Of a stretch of 64,000 bases of DNA, positions 1 to 12,756 are shown one piece after another. A program made the translations under genes and the position numbers. The DNA is taken from assembly GCA_973895155.1 (NCBI GenBank), contig OZ316892.1, forward strand, positions 9,652,283 through 9,716,282, written 5' to 3'. Position 1 is the stretch's first letter. The number at the start of each line of letters is the position of its first letter. Below the pieces are notes generated by a model. The model did no database searches and was not told where the DNA came from. It saw nothing but the letters and a program-made list of their open reading frames with translations. This DNA comes from Marsupella aquatica (Eukaryota; Plantae; Marchantiophyta).

Positions 1-200
1 ATCAAGAGAGAAACGAGTAAACCTTGAAGGCAATAATAATTTCTTCTCCTTATTATCTCGTTCCCTAAAACTGAGCAGAGTATGCTATTCAACAGTGAGA
101 GTTTTTGTGCACGGTAGTCATGCATTGCTCTACATCAGCAGATTCTATCCATTACTTTGCGGCTACGTATCCAACAAACTTGTGAGTAATAGCAAATCAC

Positions 201-2190
201 CTCATCGCCCTGAGGAACTCCTCGGCGTCGGACATCCCCCACTATTCTTATGGCATCTGACACACGAAGAGATGCTGCTAGTCCGCGTGCAAGTACCGCA
301 TAAGTTGTTATATGAGGCTGTGGCCAACCCCATCCCCAGTCTCGTCCTGTTTCTCTTTTTGCATCTGCTCCAATCACAGTTGACTGACATTTTTACACAT
401 TTCAAAGTGTGATTCACAATGACTTAGCATCGATAGAAAAGTAACACTCTCACTCTTCCTAAGACTACAAATTGCAGCCTTAAATCCTCGACTCCATACG
501 CTACATTGCTCGCAAGGCACATGACATGAGAACTCTCTCCCTATCGCCCACCGGCTTGGCTTTCTTTAGAACTAGTGAAGTCAATTTACCACGTGCTCAG
601 TTACAGTTCTTGTGTAGGTTACCACGAGGGGAATCCGACATCCTTACATTACCGCACAATAGTCTAGTAGCAGACCTCAATTCATAAGCTTTGATTTGGT
701 AATATGAACGTACACTAACTTTCTGAAACGTACACTAACTTTCTGAATCCATAGTCCTGGGAACGACAGTCCGTTTTCCATGGTTTCAAGGATACATTTT
801 TGGTTACAACCTGAAAATCCTAAATCCAACACGAGAAGGCAATCCACAGCCCAGTTCCCTAAGGATTGGTTTACTAGAACAAGGATTGTTTGTTCCACTA
901 GACGCGGACAAATATTTTCTTGGAACGGATTGCTCTGCTCAAAATTATCAACTTACTGAGCAAAATTCGATGAAATTCAATTTTCATTAAATATCTGCTA
1001 TACCAAATTTACTTCCAAAAACAACGTCAGAAGAACACTAGAAGTGTAACATTTAGGGTTCATCACTTGAACGACAATAACATCATTCCTCTTGATGGTC
1101 TCGTAGACAGTACTTCCATGGAGATTAAGACACCATTTATCTTCAAAGGAGGTCGAGAAGAAACCGGTCTTAGAACCCTGAAGTAATAACCCCTTGGAAC
1201 TTTATGACCAGCGTTTAATTTTTTGAATCCCACGGGGTTTTGGAGCATGTTGATCTCTGAAAGCCGAAGAGTACTCCAAGCACAAGGACAGTAAGAAATG
1301 CAAGTTTAAAACAAAAGTCGTGAAGGCACACCTTCCTGTCGATCAATTCGGCGCTGGAGAATGCTGCAACGCATGGAATCTAGGATTGACAAGGCAAGCT
1401 CCACATTATTCTGCCCGATGGCTGCGAGAATCATTTGGCAGCAATCTTCATTGGTAAGGACACTTCCTTTCTCTTCTGGTACCCTTTCAGCAATCAATGC
1501 CAAGACGGCATCTGCATTCTCAGTCACTGCTACCCGTCTAAGGAACCGCTCATCGAGCAGCCCTGAACCCACGGCATCGTCTGAGGATGTGGAGGTGGAG
1601 TTTCCTGGCTCACTTCTCTTCCAGCCCTTCTCACTAGAGCCTTCAGATTTCTCTTCCTTGAGTCCCTCCACGGACATCTCTGCAGCGCCTGAGCTATCCT
1701 CCTCACCCGCTCCTGGCTTCGTCCTCTCACCATCTTCTTCCCCTTGTTCTTTCCTGGATTTGGTAAGTAGTCTCTCCTCACTTGGACGTTCAAATTCCCC
1801 TTTGCCCACTGCTCTAGTCCTAACCTCGGCCTTTTTAACCAATGTGTGCTTGGTGGGCCTGTCAACACGAGTAGTAATTGGGTCAGCTCTCCGCCCAGCA
1901 GCACCCAGCACGCTGATCTCAAGCACCCACGCTTTAACCTCTTTGGACGCCCGAATTCTTCTGAATTGTGGATCTTTCCTGCTTAACCCAATCTCCAGCC
2001 TGGATTTGGCCACAGCAGGGAGGAGGAGCAAAGCGCGTGCAGCAGCAGCACCATCCTCCCTTCTGTATGAAGGAGACGGATGATGAGAACTGTTTTCAGT
2101 ACAACGGAAGCAGGAGGGCTGGCAATCGGTTCTGCTGCTCAGACCCCCTGCTGAATGCCGGAATGAAACCCCCACCATTGTCACCACCAT
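201..2190 (-). CDS. At1g64430-like (PPR-superfamily-annotated) protein, first two coding exons; gene continues past the left edge of the window
   Basis: Exon 1 ~2190-1332 (LDERFLRRVA..NADAVLALIAER..EDCCQMILAAIGQNNVELALSILDSMR) and exon 2 ~364-201 (WGWPQPHITTYAVLARGLAASLRVSDAIRIVGDVRRRGV..DE). These match from memory the conserved 'LAASLRVSD' block of Arabidopsis At1g64430-type proteins. GT/AG sites are phase-compatible and the N-terminus is long and low-conservation. Confidence 0.75.
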
Positions 2191-3275
2191 TCTATTGCCC
2201 AATACTCCGTCGTTGCTGCCTTACTTTCTACAGTACATAAGTGCCAAAAGTTCGTCCACCACCCATCGTAAATCCAACATGTGAACCCACCTCTTGATCT
2301 TCTCTCCTATGACCCTTCGTGCTAACCACCTCGAGACATCTGCAACCTCCTCTGCCAACAATTTTCCCTTCCTGTCACAAATCCTGCTATGGTCTGCAGC
2401 CCAATTCAAATCCCTCCATAATTATCACCATAGAACCACTGTCACTCCCGAGGGCTTCATGGAGATACATACCTTGGAGGATTTCTTTCCAGGCACATCA
2501 CCCAACGTCATTTTTTTCATCCACCTCCCTACTTTCCTTCAGCAGTAGTTTTACAGCTCGCTGCACTCACTATGGGATCTCTTCCTCTTCGTCCTACCAG
2601 TTTGGGGAAGGGAAAAGCTGGATTGTGCTAGGATTCTGACGCTGGAACACTAGACCAGACTGGATTCTATGTGCTGGCTGACACAGTCATTAGATTTTCT
2701 CTCTCGGGCACTGCCAACAGAATTCCAATATCCCAGATGGATCAGTACTCATCACTGTCGTAGGAGAGTCTCGACACTCGAGGTGTGAGGAGGGTTTCGC
2801 CTCGCAGGACATAGATGGGAGGAGAAATTCAAATCTGATTGCAGCCCTTTGCCACATTCATGTGGAGAGCGGTTTGGATTCGTAGAATTGGGAATGTCTT
2901 GTGGCAGGGCTTTATGTGAGGCAGATGCCAGACCTTATCCATAAGGGATCTTGCCTGGTTGTTTACTGGGCAATTTATTCGTATCTTATTTACATGTGGT
3001 AATTTAGTGACAGTCTCTTCCGGTGCTCTCAGCCACAAATGTGTGCCATTCATCCATCTAATCAAGCTCAATCAGTAAAGGTTAGTGGCCTGCATTCTAG
3101 AGTGAACCGTGACTCTACGGCACAGCTAGGGTTGGGGTGGAATTGGAACATAGACATGACCTTACTCACCAGTAAGGTTCATTGTTCATTGTAGCCTGTG
3201 AGAAAACAGTAAAAACTTTACTTGCTCAACAAAAAATTTATTCACATGACCCCTAATTTTTCTATATCCAATTGC

Positions 3276-3440
3276 CTAGCTAATAACAACCTGGTTGATA
3301 AGAGACATTTTTGGGACTACTCTTTTTGCTAGCTAATAACAACCTGGTTGATAACAGACATTTTTGGGACTCCTCTTTTTGCTAGCTAATAACAACCTGG
3401 TTGATAAGAGACATTTATGGGACTACTCTTTTTGCTAGCA
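3276..3440. repeat. Tandem repeat, about 53-bp unit x3
   Basis: ctagctaataacaacctggttgataagagacatttttgggactactctttttg occurs three times head-to-tail. Confidence 0.9.
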
Positions 3441-3929
3441 AACTTGCTAGCCATATGGAGTCATAGAAAAACACAAAAAAATATAAAAAGACAGCAGAAA
3501 TCAAAAGAAATTAAAACTACTATTGCTTCGCCAACAACACTCTCCTTGCTAACAAATTTCCTGTTTGCTTGCATTATACAGTACCTCCTCACCATTTGTT
3601 TATGAGTAGGCATTCAGGCCAGTAGAATATAATTGTCTGTCCCTAAGGGTTGGGTTCCATGGGAAGGGAGTGAGGAGTACAAAAGTGATGTCAGAATATA
3701 TGAGCCGATAAGATTACAGATCTTAGAAGGATGTTGAGTAAAACTACCACTACTCGTACAGAGCATGCACCTGTGCAACTTCAAGCGAACACACAAGTAA
3801 AGGACAAAGGAGATACATGTTTCACCTCGCCAAAGGTTATGCCCATGGAAGAGAATTTCACTAAGCTCTAAGTCCGTTGGCCACATGGCAAGTTTCCACA
3901 GACTAAATTCCATTTGTGATCAGCATCCC

Positions 3930-4923
3930 ATCTGGCATTGGGGTCCCCGGCTGCCGGATGTACGGACGTCCGTACGGCTCCGACGTCAAGAAATTATCAT
4001 CAAAACGTAATCTAACGTATCTTTATCATCTTAACTCCATTTTGGCTGTGTGACACATCGTTGGATTCAGCTCGATGAGCTCTTTCCAACAAGCCCGTAA
4101 ACTCCTGATTCTGAGATGGTCAAAAATCTGATGTTCGTACAACCAGGGTCCGTACACACGTTGAAAGCAAGCACAAGAGGGAAAGAGTTTAGGGTTTAGA
4201 TATGGGAGGGAACCCCCCAAGTGAGAACAAAGACAAAGGGAAGGAAGAAAGTGTGGGGGCCCTTCTACGGAGTGGGGAAGGGAAAGTGTGGCAGCCCCTT
4301 CTACAGAGTGCCCCTTCTACGGTGTGGGGAAGGGAAAGAGAGCGAAACCAAGTGAAGACCACATAAAGGGTGAAAGGGAAAAGGGGAACACAAGTGTGTG
4401 AACCCCTTCCTTCTAAGGGCCTTCCCACCATCACTATTCCAAGATTGCCTAGTTTTGCTATTTTACGGGCATTGAGGTTTCTCAAGATGCTGCTGTTTGA
4501 TACAGCCATGAACTCAACCAGGGAACCCCGGTTTTGCATGGGGCTCATTGAGGGCTTCAAAATGAATCCAAACATGACCATGTTTGGAATAGACTAGCGC
4601 AACAACGTCTGTTTTAAGTTTCAACATTTTCTATATTTTGGTCATTCTTCTCGTTTTGCGCCTTATGTGGAGCCTCCGGCCATCCCCCACCCATTCGAGA
4701 TGCCCACACCTTGGCCTCCTTATACCCCCTCAATAGCTCCATTGTCGTCCATCACCGCTCGACACCCTCTCAACTCCGGCCTCCGGTTGTTGCATCAATT
4801 TATTAGGACTAACAAAACTTAAAAATTAAAATCCGAACACTTTTGCTACACCTACTTGTATTTCTACTTATATGTGCAATTACAAGTCATCACTAAGTTA
4901 CTACCGGGTTTGGGGCCTTGTCA
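3930..4923. mobile_element. Degenerate LTR-retrotransposon-like fragment
   Basis: Ends in ggggccttgtca, whose reverse complement tgacaaggcccc occurs at 42772. Contains motifs resembling retroelement non-coding regions. No TSD or ORF found. Confidence 0.3.
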
Positions 4924-6459
4924 GAGTCTAACACGATGCTACTACCCTAATATTTGACTTCTACTATAATACAATTGATCTTGGCTCCTCTTGGTGGTTG
5001 TTGGTTGTTAGTGCGACTAAAGAGCACAGGTCGGTACCATAGTGCCGCTTGACATCCATGCACAGCACCTGGGTTCACCAGGTCAAAACCTTGGGCCAGG
5101 AATGAGCCCTAGTCAGCCACCTTGCAATAAGCAGATAATTTATCCATCTCCAGGTTAGGAACTTTCTTGTTGGGACAGTCCCTAGGGGGGTGCCAAAGGG
5201 AAATGACACAACCCCATGAGTCATTTGTCGCTTCTATCACATGTTGCTCCCATCAACTGTTGCTCATGAACCTTTCTACCTCAACAAGGCTGCCAAGTAG
5301 AAAAAAAGGTGACTCAGCAAGGTTACCTGATTAATTAGATTTTCCCTATGAATTTTCACCTGATCATAAAAACTTTGAGTGAAAAAGTGTTTTACTGAGG
5401 TCAACCAAGTGGAAATTTTCCAATTTGGAAAGGGCGCCAAGAGAAAAAGCTTACCACCAAAACAATGTATGAGTTTGTCAAAGACAAGAGCTTCACTAAT
5501 ATGGGTGACTGACAACTGATCATGCGGTTGATAACTTGTCAATCTTGCGGCTGTAGCCCAAAACTGAGCTTGGTTTAGGTCAACTACGGTTTGAAATAGA
5601 GACGGACAACCTGGGTTGCATAGGTGATTGCCACGGGAATTTCCTACATGCTGTTTCTGCTGGTCACAATGTGAAATGTCTGGACTCCCCGCTGGACTCG
5701 CAAGCCATCCCAGAATTCAGATACATTACCTCTTGAAGCCAAGATAATTGGCAGTCAATTATGGTCAAAACATGTCACCTTGTTCCCAATACACTATTAG
5801 GGGGTTTCATGTTTGGGGCGATCTGCTTTTGACATGAATGGACCATAGCCAATTTTGTTAGTCATGGTCATGAGTTGAAGACGAGGCAACGCATGCATCG
5901 GCAATTTTGAATTGGCCTATCTTCAGCTTTACCTTCATCATTGCCCTATTGACGGTAAACCACCACGACTAAGGCCTGTCTCCCATTGATGTTATGGCTG
6001 CATCCATACCAAATCAAACATGGACAACAGTATTTGCTGTGGTCACTTTTGAGTCCCTCATTCCCTCTAATAATAGATTGACAGTCACTATTGTCAGGAG
6101 TATTAGGTTTGTGCATGCGAGAAAATTTAATATTTTTACTTTTCAGATTACACTGGAATGCCATATATAAGTTCTCTACAGTAGATATATTTTCCTTCAA
6201 AACAATGAAAGCACTGTTTTACATCAACATGCCTAGAATATTCTTAAAATATGCTTTGTAAAGTCTTTGATGAGTCAATATGCACTTAAAGTCGTTTATA
6301 AGTCTCACAAACACTTCTGAAAGTTTGTCCCTAGAAACAACTATGAATAATTAATTATTTGTTGCTCGGGGTGTTTGTTACTAATAAATGTCTCTAGAGT
6401 ATGGTGAAGGTCACTATGGTCCACTACCATGGGGGGAGACCCATGGGGGGAGACGCAGA

Positions 6460-6880
6460 TGTTGAGCATAGACGACGATCGCAACGGCAAGCCCATGAAC
6501 CATCCAACGCACAATAGTCGACACAAGAGATACGTGGTTCACCTCCTTGAGGCTACGTCCACGGGAACACACAAGAGAGCTTTACTGAACTCTAAGCCCG
6601 TCGGCTATACCGAGTCTCCACAGTGTAAGCTCTCCCTATCTCTCAAGTGGCTCCATAACAATGAGCCTTGGTTCTACCTCTCCAAGCACACATGCCTCTT
6701 ATGATATAGTGTGCAACTTAGTTGTACCTAACCACATAGTTGTACCTAATCACGTAGTTGTACCTAACCACATAGTTGTACCTAATCACGTAGTTGTACC
6801 TAACCACGTAGTTGTACCAACCCACGTTGTTGTACCAACCACGTCATACCTAACCTAGACGTAAGAGTAAATACCCAACA
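6460..6880 (-). repeat. 3' LTR (421 bp, 7 x 18-bp units in U3)
   Basis: tgttgagc...cccaaca on +. The adjacent 6881-6893 reads caaggggaagat (PPT) on -. Confidence 0.95.
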
Positions 6881-6893
6881 ATCTTCCCCTTGA
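6881..6893 (-). other. Polypurine tract (PPT)
   Basis: AAGGGGAAGAT directly before the TG of the 3' LTR on the minus strand. Confidence 0.85.
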
Positions 6894-7071
6894 CTCTGGT
6901 CTAGGGGAGAGTAATACTGTCAATGTATATGATCCCTCAGCGGGAAGTTCTGGACAGAAACCAAACCGGTTTCCCTCTCTAACTAGAGCAAACCAGAACT
7001 AAGCCGTAGCCTAATACATAGGAATGAGGAAGAGCATATATCAGTAATTACAATGAATGTTTAAGAAAACT

Positions 7072-9004
7072 CTACTTGTGATGCAATTGCAAAACCTGCA
7101 ATATGTCACGGTGTCTAGAGAAACTCTCCAAAGGAATCACTTTGGTAAATGCGTCAGCCGGGTTGAGTTTACCATCAATCTTGACTAGCTCAAACAAATT
7201 ATCAGACACAGCCTGCCTGATAAAATGGTACCTGACGTCAATGTGCTTCACTCTGCTGTCCATCACCTGGTTCACAGCAAGGTGGAGCGCACTTTGACTA
7301 TCACAATGGAGCTTCACATTCCCCTGTGGCAATCCCATTTCAGTGATAAGTCTATCCAACCAAATCGCTTCCTTTGCTGCTTCCGCAGCTGCAACATACT
7401 CCGCTTCTGTAGTAGACTGAGCAATACACTTCTGCAAAGTAGACCTCCAACTTATGCATCCACCGCCAAGTGTGAACACGTATCCTGTTGTTGATCTCCT
7501 TCGGTCCAAATCTTGTCCATAGTCAGAATCTACATAGCCAATCAATGATCTAGCATTCTTTGCATTCGCATCAAATAAAAGACCATGATCCACGGTACCC
7601 TTCAAGTACCTGATAATCCACTTCATTGCTTCCCAGTGTACCTTCCCTGGATTCGACATGTACCTGCTCACCTTGCCCATAGCCACGGCAAGATCAGGTC
7701 TAGTGCAAGTCATCAAATACATGAGACTCCCCACTGCCTTGTCATATGGAACCTTTGACATCAACCCCTTCTCTGTGTCATCCGTAGGACAGAACGCTGA
7801 TGATAACTTGAAGTGTGGAGCCAACGGGGTACTTACTGGCTTGCTATTCTCCATGTTGAACCTTGCAATTACCTTCCTCGCATAACTGCTCTGCGTCAAC
7901 CATAGCTTGCCAGCCTCCAAGTCCCTAGTGATCTCCATACCCAAAATCCTCTTAGCTGGCCTTAAGTCCTTCATCTTAAACTCTGCACTAAGCAGTGCCT
8001 TGAGCTTAACAATCTCAGACCTATCCTTGGCTGCAATTAGCATGTCATCCACATAAAGTACTAAAACAATGAACCCAAAGACAACATTCTTCACCGGTTT
8101 CAAATACACACAAGGGTCAAATACACTTCTGTGAAAACCTTGTGACCGAATCCAATCGTCAAACCGCTTGTTCCACTGTCTTGGTGACTGCTTCAACCCA
8201 TACAAGGATTTCAGCAATCTGCAAACCAATTCCTCCTGTCCTCTCTTCACAAAACCTAGCGGTTGTCTCATGAAGATCACCTCTTCCAATGTGCCATAGA
8301 GGAAAGCTGTGACAACATCCATTTGATCTAGGAGCAGACCAAACATTACAACAAGTACACACAATAGTCGTATTGTAGAGTACTTAGCAACTGGTGAGAA
8401 GACCTCATTGTAATCTACACCTTTCTCTTGTGTGAATCCCTTTGCTACCAATCTAGCCTTGTAGACCTTCGATCCACCTCCTATGGAATTATCCTTCAGC
8501 TTGTAAATCCACTTGCTGTCCACCACTTGCTGACCCTTAGGCAGCTTAACAAGCTCCCAAGTTTTGTTGTCCTTTAGTGACTGCATCTCCGTTTGCATTG
8601 CTGCAGTCCACTTCTGCTTCTCCTTTGAAGCACTTGCCTCATGAAATGAAGAAGGTTCTCCTTCTTCCAAAATTAACGCATCACCCTCATCATCAGCTGT
8701 AAAATCATCCTCTTGCAGTTGAGATGAATCAACCCACTGTCCATACCTTGGTGGAGCGCGTACAGTGCGACCAGATGTTCTTCTAGCCGATGACTCCGGT
8801 TGATCTGCGTGTGCTGGTACAATTTGAAGCTCAACAGCATCCACTTGCTGCTCACCAGCATCAACAAACTCCTCTGGTTCCTCTGGCACAGGAACCAGCT
8901 CCATAATTGGAGCAACTCCTTCTCTCCGGTCATGCACCTCATAACCAATCTCCCCCTCAACGAGATCCGGGATAGGAGATTTTCCTTTGTCAGTACGGGA
9001 GACC
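7072..9004 (-). CDS. Copia pol C-terminal half: IN-RT linker, reverse transcriptase, RNase H
   Basis: Open frame with YKARLVAKG, QMDVVTAFL, LYGLKQSPRQW, YVDDML, TRPDL, YVDSD and SRVKHIDVRYHF. Confidence 0.93.
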
Positions 9005-9148
9005 CGACGGGCTTAGAGTTCAGTAAAGCTCTCTTGTGTGTTCCCGTGGACGTAGCCTCAAGGAGGTGAACCACGTATCTCTTGTGTCGACTATTGTGCG
9101 TTGGATGGTTCATGGGCTTGCCGTTGCGATCGTCGTCTATGCTCAACA
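9004..9148 (+). repeat. Third, partial LTR copy (3' 145 bp, U5 side) in inverted orientation
   Basis: Exact reverse complement of 6460-6604, followed by AT and a PBS. Confidence 0.95.
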
Positions 9149-9150
9149 AT

Positions 9151-9162
9151 TGGTATCAGAGC
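9151..9162 (+). other. Primer-binding site (tRNA-iMet), copy 1
   Basis: TGGTATCAGAGC, 2 nt after the LTR end CA. Confidence 0.95.
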
Positions 9163-10303
9163 ATGCTTGGGAGGTGACGTGTGTTCGTGACGGGATTTCA
9201 TGACGGTTTTTCCAGCGTTGAGTGTTGGTGGATTTTCCAAAGTTCCATCGCATGGAACTTGGAGTTTATGGGCTCAACGGATAGATCAGGGCAAGAGTTT
9301 TCTAACGGTGTGAAGAAATCGTTGAACGGAGCTCGTGGTGCAGAGAGATCTAAGTTTTCGTCGTTCTGGATTTTGTGAAGAAAGTTGGCAATCGACTCGG
9401 AGGGAGAAGCGTCAAGTGTTTTGACTCAACGGAGAGATTGAGGCAAGATGATTGTTTTTGAGTCCGGGATTGGCTCTTTGATGCAAAGAGGAAGGCTAAG
9501 CAAAATCAATTACCTTGTTGGACTTGGTGACGGCACCAAGTGCAATTGATCAACATTCGTTGTTGACAAGGTACCATTTTTTTCTCTTTGAAAAACTGAT
9601 TCGAAATTGGCTATGGCAATTGAGAGAAATCTGTCATCTTTACCAATTTTTTTCTCCCTCGTTCTTTCCTCGTTTTGAGTGCTTCTTATATCGATCTTCA
9701 TCGCCTCGGAGTCTAGTTTCCAAATCTAAAATCGGATCTTGATTTCGTCAAAACCCGAGTGAGATATCTTGCGTTTGGTGTCGAGGGGTACATTCTGCCG
9801 TGTGTATTTTCTGCGCGCGCGACCAGATTTCGACGACGAAGGGTGGTAGGGGGTTTTGGGGGTTCGAGGACACATGTCAGCCCCTCGATTGTTCTTCCAA
9901 AATTCCCATAGGGCCTGTACAAGGGTCATAGAATATTCCAAAAAAACCAGAGAGCTATTTTTTGACCGTTCGACAAAGATTTCATCCGCCGAACGGTAAC
10001 TTTTTTGGTTATTTTTCGGCGAGGTCGTAGCCATTGAAGTTGGCAATGCAGCGCACCAATCACATCGCAATTCCGACAACGGGTTGTACTTGGTATTTCG
10101 GTTATTCCCTGAGGTGGTCAAAACGGGGGAGTTTCCCAAGGTTTTACCCACCTCGACCGAAATTTGAATAACTTTTCCGTAAAATTTCGATTTTGATTTC
10201 GGTTTTCAGTATTGGACTCCTAGCTTTGTGGGCTACGCGGCGGTGTTGAGTTTCGAGTTTTTTGAGAAGTTGTAAAAAATAACATTTTTTGTGACTTTCT
10301 CAT

Positions 10304-11338
10304 ATGAGTGATTCGGAGGAGTTTTTCGAAGACGTGGAACTTGAAGCACGAGGATCACCGCAGAGGTTTCAGGGGCAGAGAGAGGAGCAGGAGGAAGAGC
10401 ACGTGAGACCGATACCATCACCGGTGCGGCGTGTGGTGGAGGAAGCAGTACTACTACCGGAGCTCACGGTAAAGAAGAAGATGGGGACTTTCAAGCTTGG
10501 GGGACCCAAGTATGAAGTGGCAAAGTATGATGGGCGCTCTGACTACTTGCTATGGGAGAAGCAGGTGAAGGGAGTGCTTTATGCATCAGGGATGGGCCAA
10601 CTGCTGAGCCCTCGTGAAGACGATGTTGATGAGAAACAATGAGACCGCATGCAGGAGCAGGGAGTGTGGTGTGTTACACTCTATCTCATGCCTCCCATCA
10701 TCAAGCAGTTGGGTGCACATAAGGATTGCATGTCCTTGTTTGCGGAATTGCAGAGCAAGTATCACCGCAAGGAGTTGTCGAACCGGCTCTACACTTCCTA
10801 CAAACTGATGAGTTTCAGGATGAAGGAATCTGGTACGAAGTTGCAAGACCATGTGGATGCTTTCAACGACATGGTCGTTGACTTGGAAAACCTTGGGGAG
10901 ACTTTGAATGATGAGACGAAGGCTCTGCAGCTTCTTAGTTCATTGCCTCCATCTTACCAGTCCCTATCACGAGTGTTGTTGCATCGTGATAGGGATACCA
11001 TTTCATACAATGACGTGGTAAGTTCTCTGCTTAGTGATGATCTTCAGCAGAAGATGCACATCACGTCACAGCCTTCATCATCTGGTGCTGCCCTCAATGT
11101 TAACCGTGGGAGGAGTATGCAGCGACCAACTGGGGACCGTAAAACCCAGTTTAGATCTAAATCCAGATCTAAGTCCAAGAGTAAATCCCCTCAGAGGAGG
11201 CAGGTGACATGTTGGAAGTGCAACCAAGTTGGACACTTCAAGCGAGACTGTAAGGGAAAGGCAGCGGAAACTTCATCGGCAAATGTGGCTAGGGCTGATG
11301 GAGAAGCTGATTTACTCAATGATGAGTATGTTTTATGA
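10304..11338 (+). pseudogene. Copia gag with an internal TGA at 10640-10642
   Basis: ORFs 10304-10642 and 10649-11338 share a frame. KYDGRSDYLLW, a UBN2-like region and the zinc knuckle CWKCNQVGHFKRDC are present. The TGA is probably a mutated TGG. Confidence 0.88.
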
Positions 11339-12696
11339 AGCCGGGGGTATGCCCTGTGCACGTCATCTAGGAGAGCAGATGATGTGTGGATTCTTGATTG
11401 TGCTTGCTCTTTTCATATTTGTTACATTCGTGAGTTTTTCAGTTCTTACTCTGTTTCAAACGGTTCAGTTCTGATGGGAAATGATCACTCCTGTCAAATT
11501 GAGGGAATTGGGTCTGTGAAGATTCAAATGTTTGATGGCGCTGTGCGCACAGTGTCCGGAGTCAGGTATGTACCTGGCATGCGTAAGAATCTGATTTCAC
11601 TCGGTGTGTTGGATTCAAATGGTCATCAATGGAGCGTTATTGATGGTGAACTTCAAGTCAGGTCGGGAGAGACAGTGATTTTGAAGGGGAGTAGACAAAA
11701 GAATTTGTATGTGTTACAGGGCAATACTGTATGTGGAGAGGCCAATGTAACCAAGTCTCACGAGGAGATGACTCAACTGTGGCATTCACGGCTAGGCCAC
11801 ATGAGTGAGAAGGGTTTGGCTATCTTACGGAAGAATGGACTCATTTCTGATTTGCAATCTTGTAAATTAGAGTTTTGTGAGCATTGCATTCTTGGAAAGC
11901 AGCATCGTCGTGCTTTTGGTATTGGAACTCATCGTTCCAAAGCGGTTCTTGAGTACATACATAGTGACGTGTGGGGTCCATCCCTGACTCCCTCACACTC
12001 TGGAAAGTTATACTATGTATCATTTATTGATGATTACTCAAGATTTGTGTGGATTTATTTTATGACGCATAAGTCTGATGTCTTGTCCATTTTTAAGAAG
12101 TGGAAGGCCCAGGTGGAGAATCAGACTGGAAACACGATCAAGTGTTTGGATACAAGGGTGAAGAGTCTGAGGTCAGACAACGGCGGGGAGTACACTTCAA
12201 TGGAATTTGAAGAGTACTGTTCAGAACAGGGGATAACTCGCCATCTCACCACAGTTTATACTCCGCAGCAGAATGGTGTCGCTGAGAGGCTCAATCGGAC
12301 ACTGTTGGAGCGGTCACGGAGTATGTTGAGCCAATCAGGTTTACCACAAGAATTTTGGGCAGAAGCTGTCAATACCGCAGCTTATTTGGTAAATCTTTCT
12401 CCTTCTAGTGCTATCAATTTCAAAACGCCGTTTGAGATGCGCTATAAGCGGCAAGCAGACTATCATGGCTTGGTAATTTTTGGAAGTGATGCATATGCTC
12501 TCACACCAAAGCAGAATAGGACCAAGTTGGATCCTACCTCCAGGAAATGTGTTTTTCTTGGGTACCAGAGTGGTGTGAAAGCCTATAGGCTATGGGATCC
12601 TATTGCTTGTAAGCTCGTTGTCAGTAGGGATGTTTCCTTCAATGAATCCAGATTATTGAAGGAGGGGGAGAATACTCAGGTCTCCCGTACTGACAA
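11339..12696 (+). CDS. Copia protease + integrase (N-terminal half of pol), cut at the rearrangement junction
   Basis: WILDCACSFH protease motif; HHCC (HSRLGH..CEHC); catalytic HSDVWG, RSDNGGEY and GVAERLN; KLDP..GY..AYRLWD..SRDVSF. Same frame as gag. Confidence 0.92.
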
Positions 12697-12742
12697 CGAG
12701 CTTACAAGCAATAGGATCCCATAGCCTATAGGCTTTCACACC

Positions 12743-12754
12743 GCTCTGATACCA
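12743..12754 (-). other. Primer-binding site (tRNA-iMet), copy 2
   Basis: gctctgatacca on + reads TGGTATCAGAGC on -, 2 nt from the 5' LTR. Confidence 0.95.
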
Positions 12755-12756
12755 AT

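Noticed and set aside
1361-2083. 240-aa Ser-rich ORF on +
   Set aside because: Antisense shadow of the real minus-strand exon
6721-6845. (VVPNHI/V)n ORFs and CRISPR-like periodicity (also 13018-13242)
   Set aside because: Contiguous 18-bp tandem units with no unique spacers, located inside LTR U3. The ORFs are artefacts of a unit length divisible by 3.
9004-12756. Nested insertion of a second copia copy in opposite orientation
   Set aside because: No second TSD and no second RT. The two halves are complementary and join in frame through the 18-mer, so this is one element.
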